A DNA stretch of 64,000 nt from Candidatus Hodarchaeota archaeon (GCA_016839815.1 JAEOTM010000133.1:1-64000); one strand, 5' to 3'; positions 1 through 10,561 are shown, counted from the stretch's first letter. A program made the numbers and translations. The notes: generated from the sequence alone by a model not told the origin.

Positions 1-2098
1 CCTTTGATATCAGATGTTTTCCAGCAGGACTTTCAGTGGCAATCGCTCCTGCAGGACTAATATGATCAGTTGAAACCTTATCATAAAATAATCCCAAGAC
101 ACGGGCATTTTTGATGTTCTTAAAGGATTTTGGTTGAAGTGAGAAGTATTGATCTTCAAAGAAAGGAGGATTACGGATATAGGTAGAATTCTCATCCCAC
201 TCAAACAGGGTAGATGTGGGTGCTTTCAATGCTTTCCAATAAGGATCTCCTTCACTGATTTGTGCATACTCCTTCATGTAGATTTCAGAGGAGAGACCTT
301 TTTGAACAGCATAATTAATCTCATCAGCCGATGGCCAAATATCTTTCAGAAAAATAGGCTTTCCATTCGGTGTGTGACTTATAGGATCTTTTGATAGGTC
401 GATGTTAACGGTACCAGCTAATGCGTAGGCCACAACCAGCATGGGAGAAGCTAAAAAGTTCCCTCGGGTAAGTTGATGAATTCTTCCTCCGTAATTTCGA
501 TTTCCACTAAGCACAGAGGTTACATAAAGATCGTGTTCTTTGATGGCTTCTTCAATTTCTGGTCGAAGAGGTCCGCTATTTCCGATACATGTAGTGCAAC
601 CGTATCCTACAAGATGGAAGCCTAAGGATTCTAAATATGGTGTTAAATGAAGGTCATCAAGATAGTCGGTTACTACTTTTGATCCTGGGGCAAGACTAGT
701 CTTGATGGTGGGTTTAACTCGTAACCCGAGTTTAACAGCGTTTTTAGCTAGTAATCCAGCCCCAATCATTACGTTTGGATTGGAAGTATTAGTACATGAA
801 GTAATGGCCGCAATAACCAAATCACCATCCCTAATCGGCCAAGAAATTCCATCAAGGTCAATATTTACTTTTCGTTTTCTTGATCCTTTATCTTTCAGAT
901 GTTCATCCAAAAATGGTGCGATACGCTCTTTAACACCGGTTAAAGATACTTGTTCTTCTGGATTCAATGGACCTGCAATTGAAGGCTTGACTTTTGAAAG
1001 ATCAACCTCAATAATTTCAGAAAATTCTGGATCAGGAGTTTCGGGGGTTCTAAATAGCTTCTGATCTTGTGCATACTGCTTAACGAATGAAATATGTTCA
1101 GGATCCCGTCCGCTCAGTTCTAGATAGTTGAGAGTCTGTTGGTCGATTGCCCAAAATCCGACCGTAATTCCCATTTCAGGTGACATATTACTAAGTGTTG
1201 CGCGATCTGGAACGGATAAGTTTGCGACGCCTGGACCAAAGTATTCAACAAATTTTCCCACAAGGTTTCGTTTTCTGAGGTTTTCGGTTATAGTCAGGAC
1301 TAAATCGGTTGCTGTAGTTCCCTCTGGGAGCTCTCCAGAAAGTTTCACCCCTACAACTTCTGGAAGAGGTAGATAATAGGGTTGGCCCAACATGACTGCT
1401 TCAGCTTCGATACCCCCAACTCCCCATCCTATAACACTCACTCCATTAACCATGGGAGTATGACTATCTGTACCAACACATGTATCTACTAATGCTATTT
1501 TTTCTCCATTTACTTCTCGTATGTCTACAACTGAAGCAAGATATTCTAAATTAACCTGATGGCAAATTCCTGATCCTGTTGGCACGATTCGAGTGTTTTG
1601 GAACGAATTTTGTGCCCACTTAATTAATTTGTATCTTTCTGAATTCCTTTCATACTCTTTCTCCAAATTTTGCTCATAGGCATCAGTTACTCCAAAGAAA
1701 TCGATTTGTACAGAATGATCAATTACTAAATCTGTTGGGATAAGGGGATTGATTTCAGCAGGATCTCCACCCAAATTATGAACGGCTTCACGAATTGCAG
1801 CCATATCAACGATTAGTGGTACTCCTGTTAAATCTTGTAGTACAACACGTGCAGGCATATAGGGGATTGTTTCTCCTAGCTTCTTTGGCCATGAGGCGAT
1901 TGTCTTTACGTCATCCTTAGTAATGAGTTTCCCATCATAACTCCGTAAGACATTTTCTAACATAACACGGATAGAAAATGGTAAACGATCTAGATTTAAT
2001 CCTAAATCTTCTAATACTCGTAAACTATATACAGAAATATCTCCTTGGCCAAAATTTTTGACCTGTTTAACTTTCTGAATATTATCAATTGAGATCAC
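1..2098 (-). CDS. acnA: Aconitate hydratase AcnA, 3' end beyond window edge (absent from the ORF track)
   Basis: Manual translation of the minus strand from GTG at 2098 gives MISIDNIQ...DRLPFSIRVMLENVLR, RVVLQDLTGVP, GICHQVNLEYL, GTDSHTPMVNG..VIGWGVGGIEAEAVMLGQP, IAAITSCTNTSNP and VGYGCTTCIGNSGPL, all AcnA motifs. Exact start codon uncertain. Confidence 0.95.
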   Translation of the reverse strand, partial: MISIDNIQKVKQVKNFGQGDISVYSLRVLEDLGLNLDRLPFSIRVMLENVLRSYDGKLITKDDVKTIASWPKKLGETIPYMPARVVLQDLTGVPLIVDMAAIREAVHNLGGDPAEINPLIPTDLVIDHSVQIDFFGVTDAYEQNLEKEYERNSERYKLIKWAQNSFQNTRIVPTGSGICHQVNLEYLASVVDIREVNGEKIALVDTCVGTDSHTPMVNGVSVIGWGVGGIEAEAVMLGQPYYLPLPEVVGVKLSGELPEGTTATDLVLTITENLRKRNLVGKFVEYFGPGVANLSVPDRATLSNMSPEMGITVGFWAIDQQTLNYLELSGRDPEHISFVKQYAQDQKLFRTPETPDPEFSEIIEVDLSKVKPSIAGPLNPEEQVSLTGVKERIAPFLDEHLKDKGSRKRKVNIDLDGISWPIRDGDLVIAAITSCTNTSNPNVMIGAGLLAKNAVKLGLRVKPTIKTSLAPGSKVVTDYLDDLHLTPYLESLGFHLVGYGCTTCIGNSGPLRPEIEEAIKEHDLYVTSVLSGNRNYGGRIHQLTRGNFLASPMLVVAYALAGTVNIDLSKDPISHTPNGKPIFLKDIWPSADEINYAVQKGLSSEIYMKEYAQISEGDPYWKALKAPTSTLFEWDENSTYIRNPPFFEDQYFSLQPKSFKNIKNARVLGLFYDKVSTDHISPAGAIATESPAGKHLISK

Positions 2099-2328
2099 CT
2101 AAGTTAGCTCCTTTTTTTTCAACTAGAAATTACTGCGGGGGAGAGTATTTTAAAATTTTCGAGAATAAAAACGGAAATTTGGCGAATACAAAAGGATTCT
2201 TTGATTCTCCTCCACACTGATTTCTGAATATTCTACTTTTGTACCTCAATTCCAGATAAAAGATTTGAGATTTGATCGGTTGGTAAAATGGGAGGAGTAT
2301 ATGAGTTTGTATTCTCACTATCCGAAAT

Positions 2329-3870
2329 CTAACTATTTACTCGATAAATAACATCTAAAAGTGTTCCATCTCGATATTCAACTGTAGTACAAATTTCCTC
2401 GGTAAATTCAGGAGTGATTAAGGGTGCCTCACTATAAGCCATGTCTCGAAGTTCGGTTATATCAAGAATATCTAAATCAGTTTGTTTTAATTGCTTATAC
2501 AGTGGTTTATTCCTAGGATTAACCGCAATACCCGCGTTTGTAATAACAACATCTATCATCTCTCCCGGTGTTGATATAGTTGTCACGTTATCACGGATAA
2601 TCGGAACTTTCCGTGCAATAGGGCATGTAATAATAGTTAATCGTGCAGCTGCAGCATCTGTGTGACCTCCAATTCCATGGAGTAATAAACCATCACTGTG
2701 AGTATTCACATTCACATTAAAATCGACATCGATTTCTGTTGCACCTAAGGCCACAATATCTACATAATTAGCTAGCGGTCCTCCTGGTGCATAGATATTG
2801 TATGAATGGTAAGCCGAACATTCAATATGAAGAGGATTTTCTTTCAAGGATTTTACTGCAGCTAAATCAAAAGATTGTCCATCATAGATTCTCTGAAATA
2901 GATTGGCTTCTAAAAGCTCAACAGCGGCTTCAGTTGTCCCTCCATGAATGAAACTTCCAATTAATTCCTTTTCTGTCATTATTTCTTCTAGGTAGTGCAC
3001 TGTTGCTAATGATACCCCTCCTGCTCCTGCTTGAAATGAAAAACCACTCTTGATAAATCCTGCATTTTGTGCAACATGAATAACTTCTTCTGCGATCGCG
3101 GTATGTCTTCCTGTTACATTTCTTCCAAGACTTCCTGCAACAATTTTATTTGGATCCCCAATTTTATCAACAGTAACAATACAATCCACATTTGATCCGC
3201 GGATACTTACTGGAGTTACCGGTTCCTCGGTTAAATTATCCGTAACGAGTACTACATGATCTGCATATACCGAATCAGTCTCATTCGCAAATCCATTTGC
3301 TCCAAATGCCGAGGGCCCCTGACAGCCATTCATGTTCCCCATCAAGTCAACAGCTGGAGATGCTACAAATGCGACATCAAGATGTAGATCATCACATTCT
3401 ACTGCTCTAGCTCGTCCCCCATGCGAACGCAGGCTAGTTGGAATCTGAACTTCCCCAATGGATACCGCTTTTCCAATAGGTCCGTTCATACTTCCAGAAA
3501 TCTCACTAATGACCCCTGAATGGACGTGTTCAAGTAATGGTTCATGATTGGGAAATAATGCTGTTGAAGCAAGTGTTAAATCTTTTATCCCCATACTTGC
3601 AATTGTATCCATGACCTGACAGATAACTAGATCTCCATAACGTAGATTATGATTAAATCCAAGGCTCATCCCATCTTTTAATCCAACTTCTTGAATCACT
3701 TTCTCAAGATCGTCGTAAATACGTTTCTCAATGGGTGTAATTATCTTTGTACGATATCGTCTTCCGACTCTTCGTCCCTTGGGAGGAGTAGAGTAAGCTC
3801 CTGCGTATGGTAAATACTTCTTTCCAAATATTTGACTGGGAACATTTCTTCCAGCTGTATTTTTTTCCAT
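2329..3870 (-). CDS. citF: Citrate lyase alpha subunit (citrate:acetyl-ACP transferase)
   Basis: N-terminal NTAGRNVP, GLKDGMSLGFNHNLRYGD, LRSHGGRARA, FSFQAGAGG, LGATEIDVDFNVNV, GIGGHTD, EYRDGTLLDVI; 513 aa is typical of CitF. Confidence 0.9.
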   Translation of the reverse strand: MEKNTAGRNVPSQIFGKKYLPYAGAYSTPPKGRRVGRRYRTKIITPIEKRIYDDLEKVIQEVGLKDGMSLGFNHNLRYGDLVICQVMDTIASMGIKDLTLASTALFPNHEPLLEHVHSGVISEISGSMNGPIGKAVSIGEVQIPTSLRSHGGRARAVECDDLHLDVAFVASPAVDLMGNMNGCQGPSAFGANGFANETDSVYADHVVLVTDNLTEEPVTPVSIRGSNVDCIVTVDKIGDPNKIVAGSLGRNVTGRHTAIAEEVIHVAQNAGFIKSGFSFQAGAGGVSLATVHYLEEIMTEKELIGSFIHGGTTEAAVELLEANLFQRIYDGQSFDLAAVKSLKENPLHIECSAYHSYNIYAPGGPLANYVDIVALGATEIDVDFNVNVNTHSDGLLLHGIGGHTDAAAARLTIITCPIARKVPIIRDNVTTISTPGEMIDVVITNAGIAVNPRNKPLYKQLKQTDLDILDITELRDMAYSEAPLITPEFTEEICTTVEYRDGTLLDVIYRVNS

Positions 3871-4199
3871 AATAATCCCGGATCCTAGATTAAAATATTA
3901 AATGAGCGAGTCCTCCATTTGCTTATACTTGTAGAAATAGTTTCTGAGGAAGGCAAGATCAAGAAGAAGAAAAGGAAAAAAAGGAGGAGGGACGAAATTG
4001 AAGAATTATATTCTTTCTCATCTAATGATTGCACCTATTCAGTCCATAAAATCCATCATCATATGAGATTTTCAGATTTAAGTCCTTTTATTAATCCGAT
4101 AAGGTAAGCCTTTTATTTTATGAAACCTGTAAAACTAGATGATTCTTGAGTTAAGGGTTTAACAATGCAAAATTCAAGAATTGAAAGGAGAAAACATAT

Positions 4200-5918
4200 A
4201 TGAAACGATTACGTTTATTGCCGGTTCTAGTAAGCCTCCTGATGATGAGTACTTTCATTTTCTTATCAGCAGATGCCACTACACCCGCAAATATTGACCC
4301 TGGGGATACTTTTATTTATAGCGTTAGCACTTGGGACGTCCCCTGGGAAGAATTGATCCCCCCTGAAGAAGCACCATTTGATTTAGCAGATTTTGTGCTT
4401 GACCTCTCGGGGAGTACGTTAGGAGTTAAAGTAATGGATACCTATGCAAATGGGTATTATATGCTTGATTTCTATGTTGTTCTGGGAAAGACAATTGTTA
4501 TTCCGCTTCCAGACGACACCGATCCACAAGTAATTGATATTTTTGGCACTGAATTCACCTTAGATGAAGGAGTCGGATTAGGATTGGGTTCATATCCAGG
4601 ATCCGACATGACTGAACTTATTGCCGGTACAGAAGAATCTTTTGGTTTACCTTTTTACTTTAATCCAGCTGATTGGAGTATTTATCAAACACAGTTTGAA
4701 GCACTTGAAACCGCAGATCTATCAGTTGATGTTACCAATACTGCTGGTTCTGACTTCGATGTTACTTTTTCAGGAACTGCAGATGGTGTTAGTATTTCCC
4801 TCTCTGCATCATGGTTTAGAGAAGGTGATAATGCTGGCGTTTTCAAAAGCATTAGTGGAACTATAGATGGTGATATTACCGGTGATGGGACATCAAATCA
4901 TCTAGGCATTGAATTATCTTTTGATAGTAAACAAGTTAATCCGCTCCCCACCCAGGTAAGAAACAAAGACGATATGACTCTGAGCTTATCAACAGCTGAT
5001 CTCACTTATGAAGTTGATGGATTATCCACCTCAGTGAATGCAGAAATAAGCTCTCAATTAGCTGCAGCAGAAGCATTTCTTGGAGCTTATGAGGGTGTGG
5101 ATGTCATAACATTCGATGTCGAAGATACCGCGGGTTGTTATTATAATACAAGAATTGAAGTGTATAATTCTGAGACCGATATGATGGAGCAGGTGGTAGA
5201 TGAACTCTGGTGGAACGGGTTCACTGGTTATCCAGTAATGGATCAAACTGATTATTTCTTTTCAGATATGCCATATACCCCATGGAGTTCCTCATTTGGC
5301 CTTGTACCCCTGTTAGCACCCGGTATTACACCAGATTGGGATATGTGGGCTGCTTCCACGGTTTCTATTTCTGAAGTAAATGAAATTGTGGAAAAAAGTA
5401 TTGAAGCCTTCTTTAAAGAAGAAGAAGTCAAAGATTTAGGATTAGATCTAAATACACTGGATTCAGTTTATCAGTTAAGAGAAAGTGGAGATGGCTCTAC
5501 TATGTTCTTTTATTCTGAAACGGGACTAGATCTTGTTTGGAATGCTGGCCAGATGGAAGGAGCGGCTCAAATGGGACTTCCAGCAGACACTCAACTTTCA
5601 ATTGAATTTTCTTCAAACAGTTGGTTGGCATATACGAAAGCAGGATTATTGGCTGGCGCAGGTGTTGAAGTAAGTGTAGTAGTTGAAGCAAAGAATATTC
5701 CAGGGACTGCTGGTGAATTCGAAACTGGATCAATTACTGTTGATGCCAACATAGCAATTCAATCCGATCTTGTCTCAAGTATTCCTGATCCTGAAGATGC
5801 AGATCCTATTGCTGGCGGTAATGCCGGTGGTGGTGATCTTATACCTGGATTTGAATTAGTTACTTCCTTAATGGTTATGACTACAATTGTAGCAATAATT
5901 AATAAGAAACGGAAATAA
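4200..5918 (+). CDS. Secreted acidic cell-surface protein with PGF-CTERM-like sorting signal
   Basis: Signal peptide (MKRLRLLPVLVSLLMM...), acidic beta-rich body, Gly-rich linker, C-terminal IPGFE + hydrophobic helix + KKRK. Confidence 0.8.
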   Translation: MKRLRLLPVLVSLLMMSTFIFLSADATTPANIDPGDTFIYSVSTWDVPWEELIPPEEAPFDLADFVLDLSGSTLGVKVMDTYANGYYMLDFYVVLGKTIVIPLPDDTDPQVIDIFGTEFTLDEGVGLGLGSYPGSDMTELIAGTEESFGLPFYFNPADWSIYQTQFEALETADLSVDVTNTAGSDFDVTFSGTADGVSISLSASWFREGDNAGVFKSISGTIDGDITGDGTSNHLGIELSFDSKQVNPLPTQVRNKDDMTLSLSTADLTYEVDGLSTSVNAEISSQLAAAEAFLGAYEGVDVITFDVEDTAGCYYNTRIEVYNSETDMMEQVVDELWWNGFTGYPVMDQTDYFFSDMPYTPWSSSFGLVPLLAPGITPDWDMWAASTVSISEVNEIVEKSIEAFFKEEEVKDLGLDLNTLDSVYQLRESGDGSTMFFYSETGLDLVWNAGQMEGAAQMGLPADTQLSIEFSSNSWLAYTKAGLLAGAGVEVSVVVEAKNIPGTAGEFETGSITVDANIAIQSDLVSSIPDPEDADPIAGGNAGGGDLIPGFELVTSLMVMTTIVAIINKKRK

Positions 5919-5919
5919 A

Positions 5920-5955
5920 ATTCAATTCCCTTTTTCCCTCTTTTTTTACCTTTTG
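5920..5955 (+). terminator. Pyrimidine/oligo-T tract, probable archaeal intrinsic terminator
   Basis: ttccctttttccctctttttttacctttt directly after the stop at 5918, between convergent genes. Confidence 0.55.
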
Positions 5956-5994
5956 AGAATTGTTCTTGTACTCTTTTCTTCCATTTTTAGGTTC

Positions 5995-7935
5995 TTACTG
6001 CTCAACAGTTGTAAATTGACTATCTTTTCTTCTTTTGAATAATGCTTGCAGTAGAATAACAATAGCTGCTAAAAGAAATAATGATAAACCTAGTGGGAGG
6101 ATAAGAAATTCTTTAATCTGAATATCAAGATTGACAAGAAGTGACATATCTTGAAGGGAAGGCATACCAGATGGTTCACCTTCTTCACTAATTGAACCTA
6201 AACCCATGGCTAATAATATCCAAAAAAAGTTCAGGACGACAAGAATAATTGCACCAATAGCTGCTTTGATGGGATAATCTCTACTTCGTTTGAGTAAAAA
6301 ATAATATAGAAAGATTATACCAAACCAGACACTTACTGTTAAGAGACCATGTATCCAATCAGCACTTGAAGTCATATAAGTATCAGGAAGAAAGTTCCAT
6401 TTACCTGGTGCCTGTTGAAATATAAATAGTTGATTAAATATTTCTGTTTTGCTACCTATGACCACAACATTACTTCGAATTTTTGTCACTACACGCTGAA
6501 ATGTAAAAAATGGATTTTGCGCAATAAACACACTTGTATCAATAAAAACTTTCAAAACAATAATAATATCAACTTTTGTTAATGAAACAATTGAGAGAAT
6601 ATAGAATGGTGAGATAATACCAAGTAACAATATTAGGAATATGAGATGAGATTTTATTTCCTGAAAAATTCTTAAAAAAGAATAAGTTACATATGACATT
6701 ATTCCTCGTAAAATTGATTTTAAGGAAGAATTTTTTCTTGAATATTCTCTCGACCTCTTTAAATTGAGGGAAATCCTCATTGTTTTTATTTTGTTTTCAG
6801 GAATTGTTGATAAGCTCGATCTAACGCTATAATAAAGAAAAAATGAAATAAATCCAAGAAATAGCAGAGTTATACAGTATTCTAGAACCATTGCTAGATG
6901 ATCCGAATATAATATGAAATGATCAACGAAAACAACTCCACCTAGAGGAAAAATTGGAACCAGAATTAATATTGAGCCCCAATATTGTTTTATATTATCG
7001 TTTCTTGGCCAAGATATCGTTTGTAGAAAAATACGTGCATCTTTTATTGTTTTTCTCATTTTTCCATCCAGAACTGTCTGAAAATAAACATAAAAAACTA
7101 GTAAGAATCCAATTAAGATAATAATTTGACTAATGCTTAGAATTAGACTTCGATAGGGAATAAACTCAAAATGGTTTTCTGAGAGAAAAAGAAGGAGTAA
7201 AGACACATTTACGATGCTACTTGTAATTGTTGAGTACCTAATTTGTCCCATCCACACGAAAATTCCACCTAGAATTAATCCACCTGCAAATTTTGTTAGA
7301 ATAAACCAAACGAGATCATTGAGAGTTAATTCGACCAAAATATAGAAGAAGAACGAGACAGAAAAAGCGAGAGTTGAGAGAAAGACAGCATAAACTGGAT
7401 TAAATCCTCTTCTCAATAATCTCCCCAGTAAAATTCGTCGAAAAAGAAGTTCATCAAAGAGAGGTTGAATTAAAACAAAAAATAGCGAATAAAAGATAAG
7501 ATAAGGAATCTCGTATCCCTCAGGTTGAAATAGGGGGAAGGGCCACGGTAACAGATCGTATGTAGTTTCACCGTATAATCCCATCCACCAATATATTATT
7601 TCATAATTTACAAAGATCAAAAATCCAATTAAAATAAGTATTACTGCAAATATTTTCTGTAAAGATCGTTTTGGATACGAATTAGTGATGGAAAAGGTTT
7701 CACCACTCATTTGAAGAAATCTTACTAGAAGAATTATTGAGAAGCTGTAACTCAACAGCACAGTCAGAAGTATTAGTATTTCCGTGAATCTGAAATCTTG
7801 GTGAAAAATGTTAACTTGTACCAATGAAAAAATCAATCTCAAAAACATAAATATAGAGAAATTTAGGCATAAAAATAATGCAACAAGTGCTATAGGTGTT
7901 GGAATATGCTTATTGATGGTTTCTCTAATTTTCAT
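5995..7935 (-). CDS. Polytopic membrane protein with a degenerate CPBP (Abi/CAAX type II) protease domain
   Basis: QPLFDELLFRRILL matches the EExxxR motif as DExxxR. The downstream His motifs look lost (STLAFSVSF; TSSIVN). Many hydrophobic segments. Confidence 0.65.
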   Translation of the reverse strand: MKIRETINKHIPTPIALVALFLCLNFSIFMFLRLIFSLVQVNIFHQDFRFTEILILLTVLLSYSFSIILLVRFLQMSGETFSITNSYPKRSLQKIFAVILILIGFLIFVNYEIIYWWMGLYGETTYDLLPWPFPLFQPEGYEIPYLIFYSLFFVLIQPLFDELLFRRILLGRLLRRGFNPVYAVFLSTLAFSVSFFFYILVELTLNDLVWFILTKFAGGLILGGIFVWMGQIRYSTITSSIVNVSLLLLFLSENHFEFIPYRSLILSISQIIILIGFLLVFYVYFQTVLDGKMRKTIKDARIFLQTISWPRNDNIKQYWGSILILVPIFPLGGVVFVDHFILYSDHLAMVLEYCITLLFLGFISFFLYYSVRSSLSTIPENKIKTMRISLNLKRSREYSRKNSSLKSILRGIMSYVTYSFLRIFQEIKSHLIFLILLLGIISPFYILSIVSLTKVDIIIVLKVFIDTSVFIAQNPFFTFQRVVTKIRSNVVVIGSKTEIFNQLFIFQQAPGKWNFLPDTYMTSSADWIHGLLTVSVWFGIIFLYYFLLKRSRDYPIKAAIGAIILVVLNFFWILLAMGLGSISEEGEPSGMPSLQDMSLLVNLDIQIKEFLILPLGLSLFLLAAIVILLQALFKRRKDSQFTTVEQ

Positions 7936-8178
7936 GCATCTACTACTCTTTTCACACGTGTTTATTAATCTGTATCTATGTTTTCAAGCTTAAAACGATC
8001 AAAATCTACTTAGATAATAGGAACGTTGTTAAAGCTCTAATAAACGTGTGGTTTTTGACTTTAATGATTATGTAGGTAATGATTGATATACTAAAAAAAA
8101 ATAACACAATTTTTTAAAATAAGGAGGAGATTGAAAAAAAAAACTTTACCAAACTAAATTAGAAGTTTTTTTCATCGT

Positions 8179-9450
8179 CTAGATAGTATATCTAGAGGTT
8201 TGAGATCTAGGGGAGGGTCGTTCCTGAGAACGATTTGATCGTCTATTCCGATTTGACCGGTAATTTCCATTTCCTCGAGAGTTTCCGTTGGAACGATTGG
8301 ATTTAGATTTTGGAGTTTGAATTCTTTGTACATACGGAACGTCATTCTTCTGTATTTTCAATCTATGATCTCGAAACATGAAATAGAATTTCTCATTGTC
8401 TCTCTGAGAAACAAGAGTCACGGCTTTTCCTGCCTTTCCAGCCCGAGCGGTCCTTCCAATTCGATGAATGTATTGTTTGTGGCTTTCTGGTAGGTCATAA
8501 TTAAAAACAGTAGTGACCCCCTGTATGTCAAGACCTCTCGCCGCTACATCAGTTGCTACAAGAACTTTACTCTGCTGGTTGTGAAAACTTCGTAAACGTT
8601 TTGATCGCTCATGTTGGGAAAATCCTCCATGTAATGCGGTTGCATTAATACCAGCATGAACTAAATTCCGCTCAAGGACATCTGCATATCTTCGTGTATT
8701 GGTAAAAATCATTGAAAGCCCATCCTTATTTTTATCTTGATTTATCAAATGGACTAGTAAGGAATACTTCAATGAATCTTGAACAGGTCCATAATAGAAT
8801 TGTGCTAATTTGCGTGGATCAACTAATGATTCTGCAGCTACATCAATGGGTTTATGCATATATTGTTGAGCAAGACGACTAACTTCTGACGCTATAGTTG
8901 CAGAGAATAATAGAGTCTGTCTATACTCAGGTAGCTTTCTAATAATCCTTTCAACATCAGGTAAAAAGCCCATATCCAGAAGGCGATCAGCTTCATCTAA
9001 AACAAGGACTTTTATTCGATTAAGCTTTATTGAACCTCGTTGAATATGATCTAAAATCCGTCCTGGTGTTCCTACTACGATATCAGTCTTTCGTAAATCT
9101 CTAATTTGGGGATTTATTGAAACTCCACCATAAATACTAGTAATCCGAAGAGGTTTATATTTTGATAATTGAATAATCATGTCTGAAACTTGTTGGGCTA
9201 GTTCACGGGTTGGAGTAATAACTAATGATTGAACTCCCTGACCTTTTTCAGTTCGTTGTATGATAGCTGAAGCAAACGCTAGTGTCTTTCCACTTCCCGT
9301 TGCTGCTTCTCCAATAACATCTCTGCCAGCGATGACATGAGGTATCGATTTTCGTTGAATTTCTGTAGGAGTAATAAATTCTTGTTCCTCACAGACTTGT
9401 AAAATGGGCTCGATAACACCCAGTTGTTTAAATTTAATAATATTTGACAT
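8179..9450 (-). CDS. DEAD-box ATP-dependent RNA helicase (CshA/DeaD-like)
   Basis: Q motif PTEIQ, AATGSGKT, PTRELA, GTPGR, DEAD, SAT, TDVAARGLD, HRIGRTAR; basic R/N/S-rich tail. Confidence 0.95.
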   Translation of the reverse strand: MSNIIKFKQLGVIEPILQVCEEQEFITPTEIQRKSIPHVIAGRDVIGEAATGSGKTLAFASAIIQRTEKGQGVQSLVITPTRELAQQVSDMIIQLSKYKPLRITSIYGGVSINPQIRDLRKTDIVVGTPGRILDHIQRGSIKLNRIKVLVLDEADRLLDMGFLPDVERIIRKLPEYRQTLLFSATIASEVSRLAQQYMHKPIDVAAESLVDPRKLAQFYYGPVQDSLKYSLLVHLINQDKNKDGLSMIFTNTRRYADVLERNLVHAGINATALHGGFSQHERSKRLRSFHNQQSKVLVATDVAARGLDIQGVTTVFNYDLPESHKQYIHRIGRTARAGKAGKAVTLVSQRDNEKFYFMFRDHRLKIQKNDVPYVQRIQTPKSKSNRSNGNSRGNGNYRSNRNRRSNRSQERPSPRSQTSRYTI

Positions 9451-9715
9451 ATAATCACGTAAAATTGTATTTTGTGCTAATAAGTAAGGATATTCATTAA
9501 AAGAGCACTGTTCTCCGTTTAAGTCCCCACTGCTTTCTAATCTCTATTCTTCACTCTGATTTTACTTTTCCATTTTCACTTTATAAAACTACTTATTCTA
9601 AAACCTTTTGATGCGAATGATTGGGCTATTTTGGCACTCTACTGTCTTTGGAATCACCATTACCCAAATATCAAAGTATTATACGAATGACATCATTAAA
9701 TTCAAAAGACTCGCT

Positions 9716-10561
9716 TCAGTTTTCGTTGATTCTTCTGTATTTTTTCATCGTTTTTCGTAATTTTCTTCCTCCCTGTATCATTTTTAGGAGGGAATATCCT
9801 CTAAACTGCTTACCATTAACTTTACATGACTTTAAAACGTAAGGAATGACTTTCTTACAGCTCTCATTAATATCTGCACCGATGTGCTGCAACACAAGGG
9901 AATTTTCTCGTTGAAAAGTCTCATTATCCTTCCATTCCGTAATTACCTTGGTTTTTCTTCCTAGATTAGTTTCAATCATCCCAGGCATGAATATATTGAG
10001 TTTAATATCTTCATATCTTTCTTGAAGCTCTTCTGCAAGACATTTTGAAAAGGTATCAACTCCCCCTTTCGATGCAGAATACAACGTCATGTTAGGGGTT
10101 GGTCTCCCTACACCTGCACCGGCAAGAGTGATTATTCTACCATATTTTTGGTTAATCATATAAGGTAATACAGCACTAATACTGTTAATTGTGCCAATCA
10201 AATTCACTCCAATTACGAATTGCGCATCGGATTCAACTTGCTCTGGTTGTATGTATTCTAAAGGCCCATATGTAGTATTCAATCCTGCGTTCGCTACAAG
10301 GATCCTGATTGATCCGAAAGCTTCAGCTGTTTTCGTATAAACGTGTTTAATATCAGAAATATTAGTAACATCACATTTTAACCCAAGAACAGAGTCTCCG
10401 TATTTTTCCTTGAACTCTGACACTGTTTCACGAACCTTCTCCTCATCTCTTGAGCAGATAGTAACGTTACACTCTTCTTCGAGGAAAATCTCTGCAATTT
10501 TCTTACCTATACCACTAGTAGCACCAGTTATTACTGCCGTTTCACCATTCATTTGCATCAT
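9716..10561 (-). CDS. Short-chain dehydrogenase/reductase (SDR)
   Basis: TGATSGIG, ANAG, YSASK. Start moved to ATG 10561 (MMQMNGET) behind an AGGAAGGA RBS. Confidence 0.9.
   Translation of the reverse strand: MMQMNGETAVITGATSGIGKKIAEIFLEEECNVTICSRDEEKVRETVSEFKEKYGDSVLGLKCDVTNISDIKHVYTKTAEAFGSIRILVANAGLNTTYGPLEYIQPEQVESDAQFVIGVNLIGTINSISAVLPYMINQKYGRIITLAGAGVGRPTPNMTLYSASKGGVDTFSKCLAEELQERYEDIKLNIFMPGMIETNLGRKTKVITEWKDNETFQRENSLVLQHIGADINESCKKVIPYVLKSCKVNGKQFRGYSLLKMIQGGRKLRKTMKKYRRINEN

Noticed and set aside
10-1376. Short ORFs 10..204, 149..394, 702..1064 and 1128..1376
   Set aside because: Antisense or off-frame shadows of acnA, which the track missed because it runs off the window edge.
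3919-4107. 62-aa ORF with KKKKRKKRRR (NLS-like)
   Set aside because: It is the translation of an intergenic polypurine tract; TTG start and no other support.
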